A stretch of 64,000 nt of DNA from Planctomycetota bacterium (GTDB taxonomy: Bacteria > Planctomycetota > SZUA-567 > H5-PLA8), in assembly GCA_045863855.1 (NCBI GenBank), contig BTVV01000028.1, positions 101 to 64,100 of the forward strand. The letters are read 5' to 3'. This document shows, piece after piece, positions 18,716 through 27,418 of the stretch (position 1 is the first letter of the stretch; the number at the start of each line of letters is the position of its first letter). A program made the position numbers and the translations under genes. The notes under the pieces are model-generated. The model was not told the DNA's origin, ran no database searches, and saw only the letters and a list, made by a program, of their open reading frames with translations.

Positions 18716-18821
18716 GGAGAGGTTGTTACCTTACTTTGATACTTTTCGTCAAGACCTAAGCCGAAAAATTTTTTTCGAGCGTGCATCGAAAATGGAAAAG
18801 GAGGCGCATCGCGGACTCCGA

Positions 18822-20426
18822 TTACGGCGCGATTCGATCGAGTAACGCGAGCGCGCGCAGCGCTTCGGCGCACTCCGCATCGACCTTCAACGCCATCCGA
18901 TACGCATCGGCCGCTTCGGCGAGATGCCCCTGTCGCTGGAGGGCGCGCGCGCGTCCGCACGCGGCTTCGGTGAGTCGCGGATCGAGTTCCAGCGCGCGCG
19001 TGAAGTGGAAGAGCGCTTCTTCGTCTTTGAGCACGGAGTAGGCGGCGAGGGCGAGGTGATGATGCGCCGGCGCGTCGTGCGGATTTTTTTTCACGGCGGA
19101 CTCGAAACGGACGCGTTCGGTGCGGTAGCGGCGGTACCCTTCGAGCGCGAAGCGCAGGGACTGGTAGGCCACGGCTTGCTGCGGCGCGGCGAGGGTGGCG
19201 CGTTCGAAGGCGTCGACGGCGAGCGCGATTTCGCCGCGTCGGAAGGCCAGCGTGCCGCGTTCGAACCAGGGCCGTGCGGCCTGGGGATGGCGTTCGCAGG
19301 CTTGGTCGAGGACCAAGGCGGCTTCGTCGGGACGTCCGTCGCCGGCGAGGAGCTGGGCGCGCAGCACGGCGGCGGGTACGGCGATGTCCGCATCGTCGCC
19401 GGCCTGGCGCAGGGCCTCGCGGAGGCGTTCGTCGAGGGCCGCGGCAGCGCGCGGCGGTGTCTGTTCGAAGCGCGCGCGGGCCAGTTCGGCGCGCACGCCG
19501 TCGACCAATCCAGAGGCGCCGCCGGCCGCTTGGGCTTCCTGTTCCAGCCGTTCGAGGGCCAAGCGGGCCGAACGCGCGGTCGCGTCCTTCGTTCCGGCGG
19601 TGCCGAGGAGTTCGCGCAGCCGTCCGAGCAGGTCGTACGCTTCGAGCAGGCGCGGTTCTGCGCGGATGGCGCGGACGTAGCGTTCTTCGGCGTCTTCCAG
19701 GAGTCCGGCCGATTCGAAGAGTTCGGCTTGGTGTACGTGCAAGCGGCCGAGCTGCGGGAAGCGGATGGCGAGTTGTTCGAGTTCGGAGAGCGCGCCGTTG
19801 AGGTCGCTGGGTCCGTTGAGTTCGAGGCTGTGGGCGAAGGCGATGTTGAGGGCTGCGTCGGCGTTGTTGGGGTCCCGTTCGCCGGCTTTGCGGAAGGCGC
19901 CGAGCGCGCGTTCGCGTTCGCCGCGTAGCAGGTAGCCGCCGCCCAGCGCGTTGAAGGTTTCGGCGCTGGCCACGTCCAGACGCGCGGCGCGTTCGAGGTA
20001 CTCGATGCGTTCGTGCACGACGCGGTATTCGAGGCGCGCGAGTTCCAGGTTGGTGGCGATTTCGGTGGACGGCTCCCCGCCGCCGGCGGCGCGTTCGACG
20101 GCGAGCGCGCGCTCGTAGCAGGCGATGCCTTCCTTCAGATCGCCGAGATCGGCGAGGACGTTGCCGAGGTTGTTGTGAAGGCTGGCGCGTCCGGGCTGTA
20201 AATTGACGGCGAGGCGGAAGCAGCGTTCGGCTTCGCGCAGATCGTCGCGGCGGTAATGCAGCGCGCCGAGTCTGGCATGGAGCGTGGCGTCGTTGGGCGA
20301 GCGTGCGAGTTCGTTGCGGAGTTCGGCGATGGCGCGGTCGAGGGGGTGGATGTCCGCGCGGCGCGAGGAATGGGCTTTGGTGCGGGCGCGGGCGGTGCGT
20401 CGGGCGGAGGTCTTGCGGGCCGGCAT
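18822..20426 (-). CDS. tetratricopeptide-repeat protein
   Basis: Multiple TPR motifs (LHNNLGNVLADLGDLKEGIACYERALA; ALFHFTRALELDP); start at MPARK preferred over the upstream extension. Confidence 0.88.
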   Translation of the reverse strand: MPARKTSARRTARARTKAHSSRRADIHPLDRAIAELRNELARSPNDATLHARLGALHYRRDDLREAERCFRLAVNLQPGRASLHNNLGNVLADLGDLKEGIACYERALAVERAAGGGEPSTEIATNLELARLEYRVVHERIEYLERAARLDVASAETFNALGGGYLLRGERERALGAFRKAGERDPNNADAALNIAFAHSLELNGPSDLNGALSELEQLAIRFPQLGRLHVHQAELFESAGLLEDAEERYVRAIRAEPRLLEAYDLLGRLRELLGTAGTKDATARSARLALERLEQEAQAAGGASGLVDGVRAELARARFEQTPPRAAAALDERLREALRQAGDDADIAVPAAVLRAQLLAGDGRPDEAALVLDQACERHPQAARPWFERGTLAFRRGEIALAVDAFERATLAAPQQAVAYQSLRFALEGYRRYRTERVRFESAVKKNPHDAPAHHHLALAAYSVLKDEEALFHFTRALELDPRLTEAACGRARALQRQGHLAEAADAYRMALKVDAECAEALRALALLDRIAP

Positions 20427-20439
20427 GGCGGCGTGGCTC

Positions 20440-20695
20440 ACGGAAGGGGTTCCCCCTGGTTCATCCTGCTCCGGCGGAACTTCAGCGCCGGAAGCCAAGG
20501 GGGTTGAACCCGAAGGCCGTAACGGCGTTTCCGCAGGCGACTTGTGCTTACTCCCTTCGGCACAAGCGCCTTTCGGACTTGAGGACTTTGCCGCCCTACG
20601 GCCTGCCATGCCGATGCATCTCCGAACGGGTGTTAGGCCAGCATTCCCCAAATCCGCGCAAGGGCTAGTGCGGCCGTACTACGCCTTCCACTAGA
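20440..20695 (-). ncRNA. candidate structured RNA (6S-like or cis-regulatory leader)
   Basis: Two long multi-helix hairpins (20447-20511, 20514-20604) plus 20665-20694; TAAAAT -10-like box at 20698-20703 on the minus strand. Confidence 0.4.
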
Positions 20696-20819
20696 AGATT
20701 TTATCCCATCGCAGGCAGGTTCGACACAGTGTGCATGACCGAATACCGACCTACCCTTGGATTGCCCTAACGCCTTCGCTGGATGCGCGCCTCCTTATGT
20801 AGGGATCGGCCGAATCGGA

Positions 20820-22007
20820 TCAGGATTCCAGCGCTGCGACGCCAGGCAAGGTCTGACCTTCCAGGAACTCCAGACTGGCCCCGCCGCCGGTGGAGATATG
20901 GGTGATCCGGTCGGCGACGCCGGCGGCGTTGACGGCGGCCACGGATTCGCCGCCGCCGACGACGGTATGCGCTCCGCAGGACGCGACGGCCTGCGCGATG
21001 GCGAAGGTGCCTTTATTGAAAGGTTCCAGTTCGAAGACGCCCTGCGGACCGTTCCAGATGACCGTCTTGGCTTTGGCAATCTCCTGGCTGTAGCGGGCGA
21101 CGGTCCGCGGTCCGATGTCCAGGGCCATGGAGCCCTCGGGTATTCCGTCTGCGGGGACGACCTTGGAAGGCGCGTTCGCTTCGAACTTCTCGGCGACGAC
21201 GTGGTCGAGCGGGAGCAGGAAGGTTTTTCCGAGGCGCTTGGCTTCGGCGAGGATCTCGCCGGCTTTGGCGACGAGGTCGGCTTCGACGAGCGATTTGCCG
21301 ATGGGCATGCCCTGGGCCTTGAGGAAGGTGTAGGCCATGCCGCCGCCGATGAGCATGCTGTCGCACTTGGGAAGCAAGTTGACGATGACCTGGAGCTTGC
21401 CGGAGATCTTCGCGCCGCCCAGAATGGCGACGAAGGGCCGCGCGGGCTGGCCGAGCAGCGGGGAGAGCGAATCGATCTCCTTCTGCATCAGGAGCCCCGC
21501 GCAGCGCGCGGGCATCAGCTTGGCGATGGCGTGTACGCTGGCGTGGGCGCGGTGCGCGGCGCCGAAGGCGTCGTTGACGTAGATGTCGGCCAGCGCGGCG
21601 AGCTGTTTAGCCAGTTCCGGATCGTCCTTCTCTTCGCCCGCGTGATAGCGCAGGTTCTCGAGCAGGAGGACGTCGCCGTCCTTGAGTTTGGCGACGGCGG
21701 CTTCGACGGCCGGTCCGATGCAGTCGTCGGCGAAGGCGATGGGCTTGCCGAGATGCTTGGACAGGTTGGCGACGACGGGCTTGAGGCTCATTTCGGGGAC
21801 GCGCTTGCCTTTGGGGCGCTGGAAGTGGCTGCAGACGACGATCCGCGCGCCACGGGCGGCCAGATCGCGCAGCGTGGGCAGTACGGCGACGACGCGCGTG
21901 TCGTCGTCGACTTCCCCGGTCTGCTTGTCGAGGGTCACGTTGAAGTCCACGCGGCAGAGCACGCGCTTGCCTTTGACGTTCACGTCCTGAAGCCGGCGGA
22001 TAGCCAT
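20820..22007 (-). CDS. pgk: phosphoglycerate kinase
   Basis: [61 protein letters not shown]. Confidence 0.98.
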   Translation of the reverse strand: MAIRRLQDVNVKGKRVLCRVDFNVTLDKQTGEVDDDTRVVAVLPTLRDLAARGARIVVCSHFQRPKGKRVPEMSLKPVVANLSKHLGKPIAFADDCIGPAVEAAVAKLKDGDVLLLENLRYHAGEEKDDPELAKQLAALADIYVNDAFGAAHRAHASVHAIAKLMPARCAGLLMQKEIDSLSPLLGQPARPFVAILGGAKISGKLQVIVNLLPKCDSMLIGGGMAYTFLKAQGMPIGKSLVEADLVAKAGEILAEAKRLGKTFLLPLDHVVAEKFEANAPSKVVPADGIPEGSMALDIGPRTVARYSQEIAKAKTVIWNGPQGVFELEPFNKGTFAIAQAVASCGAHTVVGGGESVAAVNAAGVADRITHISTGGGASLEFLEGQTLPGVAALES

Positions 22008-22095
22008 GTTCGGTCTCCCTGCTAGAATGGTTGGGTCTGCAAGCAAGGCATTAGCGTAGCTGCGATACGGCTGGCAGCAAGGAAACGAGGCCGAC

Positions 22096-22389
22096 TTGAG
22101 CGCACCTTTACCGTCTGAGCCCGGCGCGACCGGGAACCCAGTGTTCGACTTCCGCGCGGGGTTTCGGCGTTCGGCGGGAACGCTGCAGCGCGTGCTGTTG
22201 TGGCTGGGGCTGGGCTTGGCGCTGGGCGGCGGCGCGGGCGCGGCGCTGGGCTGCGCGGTCTGCGGCTGGGCGGCGCTGGGCGGGCTGGGGCTGCTGGCCG
22301 CGGGCATCGCGTGGGGCTTCTGGTGGCGTTCGAGCATGCGCGCGGGGTTTCAGGAGACGTACCGCGCGTTCGACCGTCGGGAGCCGTAG
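22096..22389 (+). CDS. small membrane protein
   Basis: 97 aa with two hydrophobic segments; TTG start uncertain. Confidence 0.5.
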   Translation: MSAPLPSEPGATGNPVFDFRAGFRRSAGTLQRVLLWLGLGLALGGGAGAALGCAVCGWAALGGLGLLAAGIAWGFWWRSSMRAGFQETYRAFDRREP

Positions 22390-22466
22390 TCCGGCGCATC
22401 GCATTCGTGCTTGGCGGAAGCTGGGACAATCTCTAGGCTCACGGGTCTACTCATCGAGGATCGCCT

Positions 22467-23522
22467 ATGCCCGTCCGCGCATTTCCGGCGCCCGCGCTGC
22501 TCGCGCGGCGCAACTTCGGCTGCCGCGCCGAGACCGAACAGACGCTCTGGGGTTACCGCTCGGTGACGCTGGAAAACGAGTTGCTGCGCATCACCGTGCT
22601 GGCGGGGAAGGGCGCGGACATCGTCGAATTCCTCTACAAGCCGCTCGACGTGGACTTCATGTGGCGCAACACCAACGTGATCCGCGCGGGGCAGTCGGTG
22701 AGCGCGCCGACGGACCCGATCATGAGCTTCGGGGAGCATTATCCCGGCGGCTGGCAGGAGCTTTTTCCGTACGGTTCGCGGGTGCAGGCGAAGGTATACG
22801 GGACGGAGATGTACTTCCACGGCGAGGTCTTTGGGCTGCCGTGGGACGTGGCGGTCGAAGAAGATTCGCCGAGCCGCGTGACGGTCTGCCTGCGGGTGCG
22901 TACGCGCAAGAGCCCGTTCGTGCTGGAGCGGCGCATGACGCTGCGCAGCGGTTCGCCGGTATTGGAACTCGACGAGACCGCCTACAACCTGAGCCGCAAA
23001 GCGCAGGGTGTGATGTGGGGGCATCATCCGGCCTTCGGCGCTCCGTTTTTGAGCCCCGATTGCACGCTGTACGCGCCGACGCAGACGGTGAACGTAGGCG
23101 GGAAGGACGAGCAGCCGTTTCCGGTGGGTACGTTTAAGGACAAGCGCCGCGATTTCTCGAAGATGCTCCCGCCTCACAGCGGACACGAAGGGATGCTGTA
23201 CTGGGACAAGCTCGACGCGGGCTGGTACGCGCTGGTGAATCCGAAGCTAGAGGTGGGTTTCGGGATGCGCTGGGATCACAAGCGCTTCCCGATCGTCTGG
23301 ATCTGGCAGGAGACGGGTAAGATCGAGGGCGCTCCGCATTTCGGCGAGGCGTATGCAATGGCGGTGGAGCCGTTCAGCCACATGCCGGGGGCGGCGGACC
23401 GCGGCGAGAAGTTGCTCACGATTCCCGCGCGCGGCCGGATCGAGGCTCGGTTTTTGGCGTGCGCGATTCCGGGGCGCAAGGCGGTGAAGGGGATCGATGC
23501 GCAGGGGCGGGCGGTGCGTTAG
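22467..23522 (+). CDS. aldose 1-epimerase / galactose mutarotase-like protein (DUF4432-like)
   Basis: LENELLRITVLAGKGADI, GGWQELFP, HGE, WGHHPAFG, AVEP. Confidence 0.85.
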   Translation: MPVRAFPAPALLARRNFGCRAETEQTLWGYRSVTLENELLRITVLAGKGADIVEFLYKPLDVDFMWRNTNVIRAGQSVSAPTDPIMSFGEHYPGGWQELFPYGSRVQAKVYGTEMYFHGEVFGLPWDVAVEEDSPSRVTVCLRVRTRKSPFVLERRMTLRSGSPVLELDETAYNLSRKAQGVMWGHHPAFGAPFLSPDCTLYAPTQTVNVGGKDEQPFPVGTFKDKRRDFSKMLPPHSGHEGMLYWDKLDAGWYALVNPKLEVGFGMRWDHKRFPIVWIWQETGKIEGAPHFGEAYAMAVEPFSHMPGAADRGEKLLTIPARGRIEARFLACAIPGRKAVKGIDAQGRAVR

Positions 23523-23582
23523 GGGGCAAGTACGCGATTGGGATATTTGGAAGTTGGCCATTGCGGATTAAGGAGATGCAAT

Positions 23583-23777
23583 ATGGCACAATTTCGTTCT
23601 CGATTAACAACCGATCCAGGTTCTCGCTTTGAGGAATGTATGGAGACCGCACACCGCTTACTTCGCAAAGCGGCCGATGAATGGGCAATAGGAGATCCGG
23701 AAGTACCTGCTACAGAGGCAATCCTGAATGACATCCTCAGGGTCTTCGAGAAAAGCAAGTTCCTTCGGCGACCCTAA
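23583..23777 (+). CDS. small hypothetical ORF or gene fragment in a lower-GC islet
   Basis: TAAGGAG upstream; atypical codon usage. Confidence 0.4.
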   Translation: MAQFRSRLTTDPGSRFEECMETAHRLLRKAADEWAIGDPEVPATEAILNDILRVFEKSKFLRRP

Positions 23778-23928
23778 TTGATTGTCCATCCCAAGTGGTC
23801 CTAACAATTCAATGGCTTTGGGCGGATTAAGCTAAGGAAGCACTGTCTTTTGAGCAACGCTGGGAGATGCGGCTGCGCAAGTGTAACTAAGTTGGCACCA
23901 GGCCCATTCACTTTATCCGTTGGGGTGA

Positions 23929-24048
23929 AGTGCTTTTACCGGACGAAGCGGCGCCTTGCCTGTACTTCACGGAGGCGAAGTTTGGTCCCACTTGCGACAG
24001 AGTAGTGTCGCCAAAATGGTGACCGTTCATTTCTTCGATAGGGGCTAG
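23929..24048 (+). pseudogene. 5'-truncated remnant resembling the C-terminus of DUF4258-type toxin-like proteins
   Basis: Frame ends ...EVWSHLRQSSVAKMVTVHFFDRG-stop 4 nt before the next ATG; in-frame TGA at 23926-23928 just upstream. Confidence 0.35.
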
Positions 24049-24052
24049 AGCC

Positions 24053-24280
24053 ATGCGTATTTCCGGACAGCGAATCAAGCAGGCACGGCTCATTCAAGCC
24101 GAGAAGTACGTGGTTGCTGTCGAGGTTGAGATGGTCATACCGGCCGATGACCCGAGCGAGCCGTGCTACGAAGCCGAGACGATTCAGCTCCTGTGGGAGA
24201 TCAAGGAGCACGCCGACCAGGGTGACTTGGCTTGGTTGACTAAGAGGGGCAAAGTCTACGCCGCAGTGGACGCTGCGTAA
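24053..24280 (+). CDS. small hypothetical protein (antitoxin-like partner)
   Basis: 75 aa; KYVVAVEVEM...SEPCY...GDLAWL..GKVY resembles small proteins recalled from TA-like pairs. Confidence 0.65.
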   Translation: MRISGQRIKQARLIQAEKYVVAVEVEMVIPADDPSEPCYEAETIQLLWEIKEHADQGDLAWLTKRGKVYAAVDAA

Positions 24281-24322
24281 GGACAGCGGGCTGCTGAACA
24301 AGGCGGTGCAACAACCTATGGG

Positions 24323-25597
24323 TTAGCCCCCCCTCGGCAATCTATTCAGCGCCTCCAGTCCGGCGGCGACGGCGGTTTCCCAGGCTTGCGGCTGGAAGGG
24401 CGGATAGCCGTAAATCTTCGGGCCCATCAGAGCGGCGTAAGACTCTTCCGGATAATCCCGCGGATCGCATAGGTAGCCCAGATTCCCGTTGGCGAAATTG
24501 GCGATCCAGGTGTTCGGGAAGGGCGACTGGGCGCGGATGCCGTCGCCGATGAGCGTGTAGATCTCGCCAGGCAGACCGACGACGGCGGCCGGTCCGATGC
24601 GCAGCGCCTGGGCTTCGCCGCGCACGGTGGGCGGGATGCCGGCGGCGCTGAGGGCGAGCGCTTCGACGGCCCAATCGCGCATGAAGCCTCCGACGGCAAT
24701 CCAATCGTGGAGCTTGGGAATCACGCCTCGATAGAGGTAGGCCTCGGCGTCGCGGCGGTAGCGTTCGGCGTCGAGCGGGAGGTCCAGGTCCACGCGCGCG
24801 CCGGAGACGAAGGCGGGCGCGTCGTAGCGCAATTCGGCGAGCACGCGGACGGTGGCTTCGGCGAGCGTGCGGCCGTGATTCTGCGCGGCGTCCACGCCGC
24901 CGTGGGTGTGTTCGGGGTTGATGTCGCCGAGGCAGCCTTGGAAGAAAGCGCTACGGGCATCGGGGAACGCGCGCTTGAGGTCGCGCAGCAGGCGGCCGGG
25001 GTAATCGGCGCTGACGAAGCGGCTATGGCTGTTCATGCAGACGGGGTGGCAGCCGAAGTGCGCGGCGACGAAGGTGGGGCGCGCGGCGCCGGGTTCGCGC
25101 GCGGCCATTACGCGCAGGGTGTGATCGACGGGGCCGTCTTTGCGGACGCGGTTCATAGCGACGCCGCGGACTTCGGTTTCGGCGAAGCCCAGTTCTACGG
25201 GGCGTTCGCCGCGTGCGGCTTCGACGATGGCGTCGCCGATGGCTTGCAGGACCGACCGGACGTAGCCGGCGTTCAACGCGCCCCAGTGCCGCAGCGGCGA
25301 GGTGGTGGGCGTGGAGTGGCTGTGCACGGCCGAGATGAGGACGCATTCGGGCGGGATGCCGGTCTCTTTCTCGACGCGCTTGCGCACGCCCAGCGCCAGA
25401 TCGCCGGCGATGCCGATGACATCGACGCTGCAGAGGACCACGCGGCGGGTTCCGTCTCCGAGGACGATGGCGCGGGCGTAAAGTTCGTCGAGGACGGCTT
25501 GGGCGGTCCGATCGGGCTGCAAGCCGTATCCGGCGAGCGCCACGCCCATCGGCGGGGTCACGTCGCGCTGCGCATATCCGAGGGTCCATCCGGCCAT
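24323..25597 (-). CDS. neutral/alkaline ceramidase N-terminal-domain-like metallohydrolase
   Basis: DVTPP..LAGY, LYARA, HSHS, FGCHP, SADYPG, GCLGDINP, LPGEIY. Confidence 0.82.
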   Translation of the reverse strand: MAGWTLGYAQRDVTPPMGVALAGYGLQPDRTAQAVLDELYARAIVLGDGTRRVVLCSVDVIGIAGDLALGVRKRVEKETGIPPECVLISAVHSHSTPTTSPLRHWGALNAGYVRSVLQAIGDAIVEAARGERPVELGFAETEVRGVAMNRVRKDGPVDHTLRVMAAREPGAARPTFVAAHFGCHPVCMNSHSRFVSADYPGRLLRDLKRAFPDARSAFFQGCLGDINPEHTHGGVDAAQNHGRTLAEATVRVLAELRYDAPAFVSGARVDLDLPLDAERYRRDAEAYLYRGVIPKLHDWIAVGGFMRDWAVEALALSAAGIPPTVRGEAQALRIGPAAVVGLPGEIYTLIGDGIRAQSPFPNTWIANFANGNLGYLCDPRDYPEESYAALMGPKIYGYPPFQPQAWETAVAAGLEALNRLPRGG

Positions 25598-25622
25598 GGC
25601 GGGGCTCCTTGAAGGGTACGGT

Positions 25623-26369
25623 TTACTTGCGCTGCGTTTTCACGTGTTTGGCGACATTGAGCGTCGTGTCGGTCCAGAAGCGGTTTTCGTGGCGCTTGAG
25701 GTGGTCGCAGAGTTCGCGGAAGTCGCCGTCGGCGACGGCCAGGCCGCCGTCCTGAATGCCGTGGAAGACGAGGAGGAGCCAGTGCCCACGCGCGGCGGCG
25801 CGTTCGCAGAGGCCGATCATCTCGTAGCCGGCGAGGCGTTCGGCGGGATGCCCTTCGAGATAGGCGAGGTCGCAGGCTTGCGGCGCGACGGCGAAACCCA
25901 AGTTGCAGGTGCCGCCGCGTCCGGCGACGAAATGCTTGGCGATGAGCGGCACGTAGCTCTGGCGCGTCAGGCCCGATCCGACGTGATGGTAATAGCACGG
26001 GTAGCAGAAGGTCCGCTCGGTCTGTTCGGGGATGATCTTCCGCAGGCGTTCTTCGGCCTTGAGGATGTCGGCTTCCAGTTCGGCGAGGGTCATGCTTTCG
26101 AGGCCGTGGTCCTGGCCCCACAGCGCGCGCGAGCAGGGATGCGAGCAGGTGTGGTTGCCGATCTCGTGCCCGGCCGCGGCGACGGCGCGCCACGGCTGGA
26201 GGCGTTCCTCCCATTCGCCGTCCTTGGGGTTAAGGTAAAAACTTCCGCGCAAGCCGAGCTTGTTCATGTACGGGATGGCGCGCTCGAGCTGCGACTTCGT
26301 GCCGTCGTCGAAGGTGAGCGAGATGGCGGCTTCGCGGCCGTTGGGCCAGGCATAGGCTGAATTGGGCAT
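25623..26369 (-). CDS. polysaccharide deacetylase (CE4/NodB-like)
   Basis: SLTFDDG, GHEIGNHTCSHP, FCYP, LVFHG. Confidence 0.9.
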   Translation of the reverse strand: MPNSAYAWPNGREAAISLTFDDGTKSQLERAIPYMNKLGLRGSFYLNPKDGEWEERLQPWRAVAAAGHEIGNHTCSHPCSRALWGQDHGLESMTLAELEADILKAEERLRKIIPEQTERTFCYPCYYHHVGSGLTRQSYVPLIAKHFVAGRGGTCNLGFAVAPQACDLAYLEGHPAERLAGYEMIGLCERAAARGHWLLLVFHGIQDGGLAVADGDFRELCDHLKRHENRFWTDTTLNVAKHVKTQRK

Positions 26370-26384
26370 GGGCGGTCCTCGATA

Positions 26385-27374
26385 TCAGGCCAGACAGGTG
26401 CGAACCTTACGCAGCGCGGCAATCACCCGGTCTTCCCAGTCGTCGGCTTCGGCGCTGGGGATGCGCCCGTCGCGGTCCATGGCTTCGATGACGCGGGTCA
26501 TGCCTGCTTCGAGCGAGACGACGGGCCGGAACTCGGGTACGTCGCGGCAGAGCTTCGCATTGCTGTAGTAGGTGTGGTGCGCGAAGATGTCGCGGCAGAT
26601 GTTCGTCTCGGGCTGATTCAGCGCGACGAGATCGGCGAGCGGGATGCCGACAAGTTCGACCTCGCGTCCCAGCACCTTCATGGCGATGCGGTGATGATCG
26701 GCCCAGGTGACGAAGCCGCGGTCGACCATGTTGTAGGTCTGTCCCACGCATTGCGGTTTGCCGACGATGTGGGCGAAGCAGAGCGCCGCGTCGTCGACGT
26801 GGAGATGCTGGTGCAGGGCGTTGCCGTCGCCGCAGACAAGTACCGGCTTGCCGCGGCGGATACGGTCGATCCAGCCGAAGCCGCGCCCGATCTGGCGGAG
26901 CATGCCTTGCTTGGGCCCGTAGGTGGTCGAAGGCTTGATGATGGTGGCCGGGAAGTTCTGGCCGTGGAAGGCTTCGAGAAAGGCGTGGTCGGCGGCGACT
27001 TTGTTCTGGCCGTAGGGCGTGATGGGCCGGAGCGGATGATCTTCGGTGGTGGGGAACCAATCGTAGGCGATGCCGTAGGTGCAGACGGTGGAGCACTGCA
27101 CAAAATGCTTCACGCCCTGGAACGCGCGGATGCTGCTGAGCGCGTCTTCGCGGTTGAAGCAGATCATGTCGATGGCAGCGTCGAAGGCTTCCTGCCGCAT
27201 GGCGCGCTCGAAGGCATCGCGGTCCTTGCGGTCGCCGACGATCCTGCGCGCGCCGTCGGGCAGTTCGCCGCTCTGCCCGCGGTTGTAGCAGGTGACTTCG
27301 TGGCCCAGCTTCAGGAGCAGCCTGACCGTACTGGTGCTGATGTTTCCCGTGCCGCCGACGATGCAGACTTTCAC
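26385..27374 (-). CDS. NAD-dependent epimerase/dehydratase
   Basis: GTG start, VCIVGGTGNIS Rossmann motif, YGQNK (YxxxK). Confidence 0.9.
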   Translation of the reverse strand: MKVCIVGGTGNISTSTVRLLLKLGHEVTCYNRGQSGELPDGARRIVGDRKDRDAFERAMRQEAFDAAIDMICFNREDALSSIRAFQGVKHFVQCSTVCTYGIAYDWFPTTEDHPLRPITPYGQNKVAADHAFLEAFHGQNFPATIIKPSTTYGPKQGMLRQIGRGFGWIDRIRRGKPVLVCGDGNALHQHLHVDDAALCFAHIVGKPQCVGQTYNMVDRGFVTWADHHRIAMKVLGREVELVGIPLADLVALNQPETNICRDIFAHHTYYSNAKLCRDVPEFRPVVSLEAGMTRVIEAMDRDGRIPSAEADDWEDRVIAALRKVRTCLA

Positions 27375-27418
27375 ACGCCATCCCCCGCGGAAGAGCGAAT
27401 CGAACCGAAGGCTCGATC

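Noticed and set aside
18048-18759. Overlapping 114-161 aa ORFs in the track
   Set aside because: No recognisable domains or RBS; better explained by the short peptide gene and a non-coding leader
20440-20760. RNase P RNA, tmRNA, SRP RNA or c-di-AMP riboswitch
   Set aside because: Only partial look-alike words (GGCAAAGTCC, GTCCGAAAGG, GGGGGAACC); the diagnostic motifs are incomplete or in the wrong order
22008-22337. 110-aa N-terminal extension of Pgk
   Set aside because: Homology begins at MAIRRL, which has a GGGAGA RBS; the extension overlaps an opposite-strand ORF
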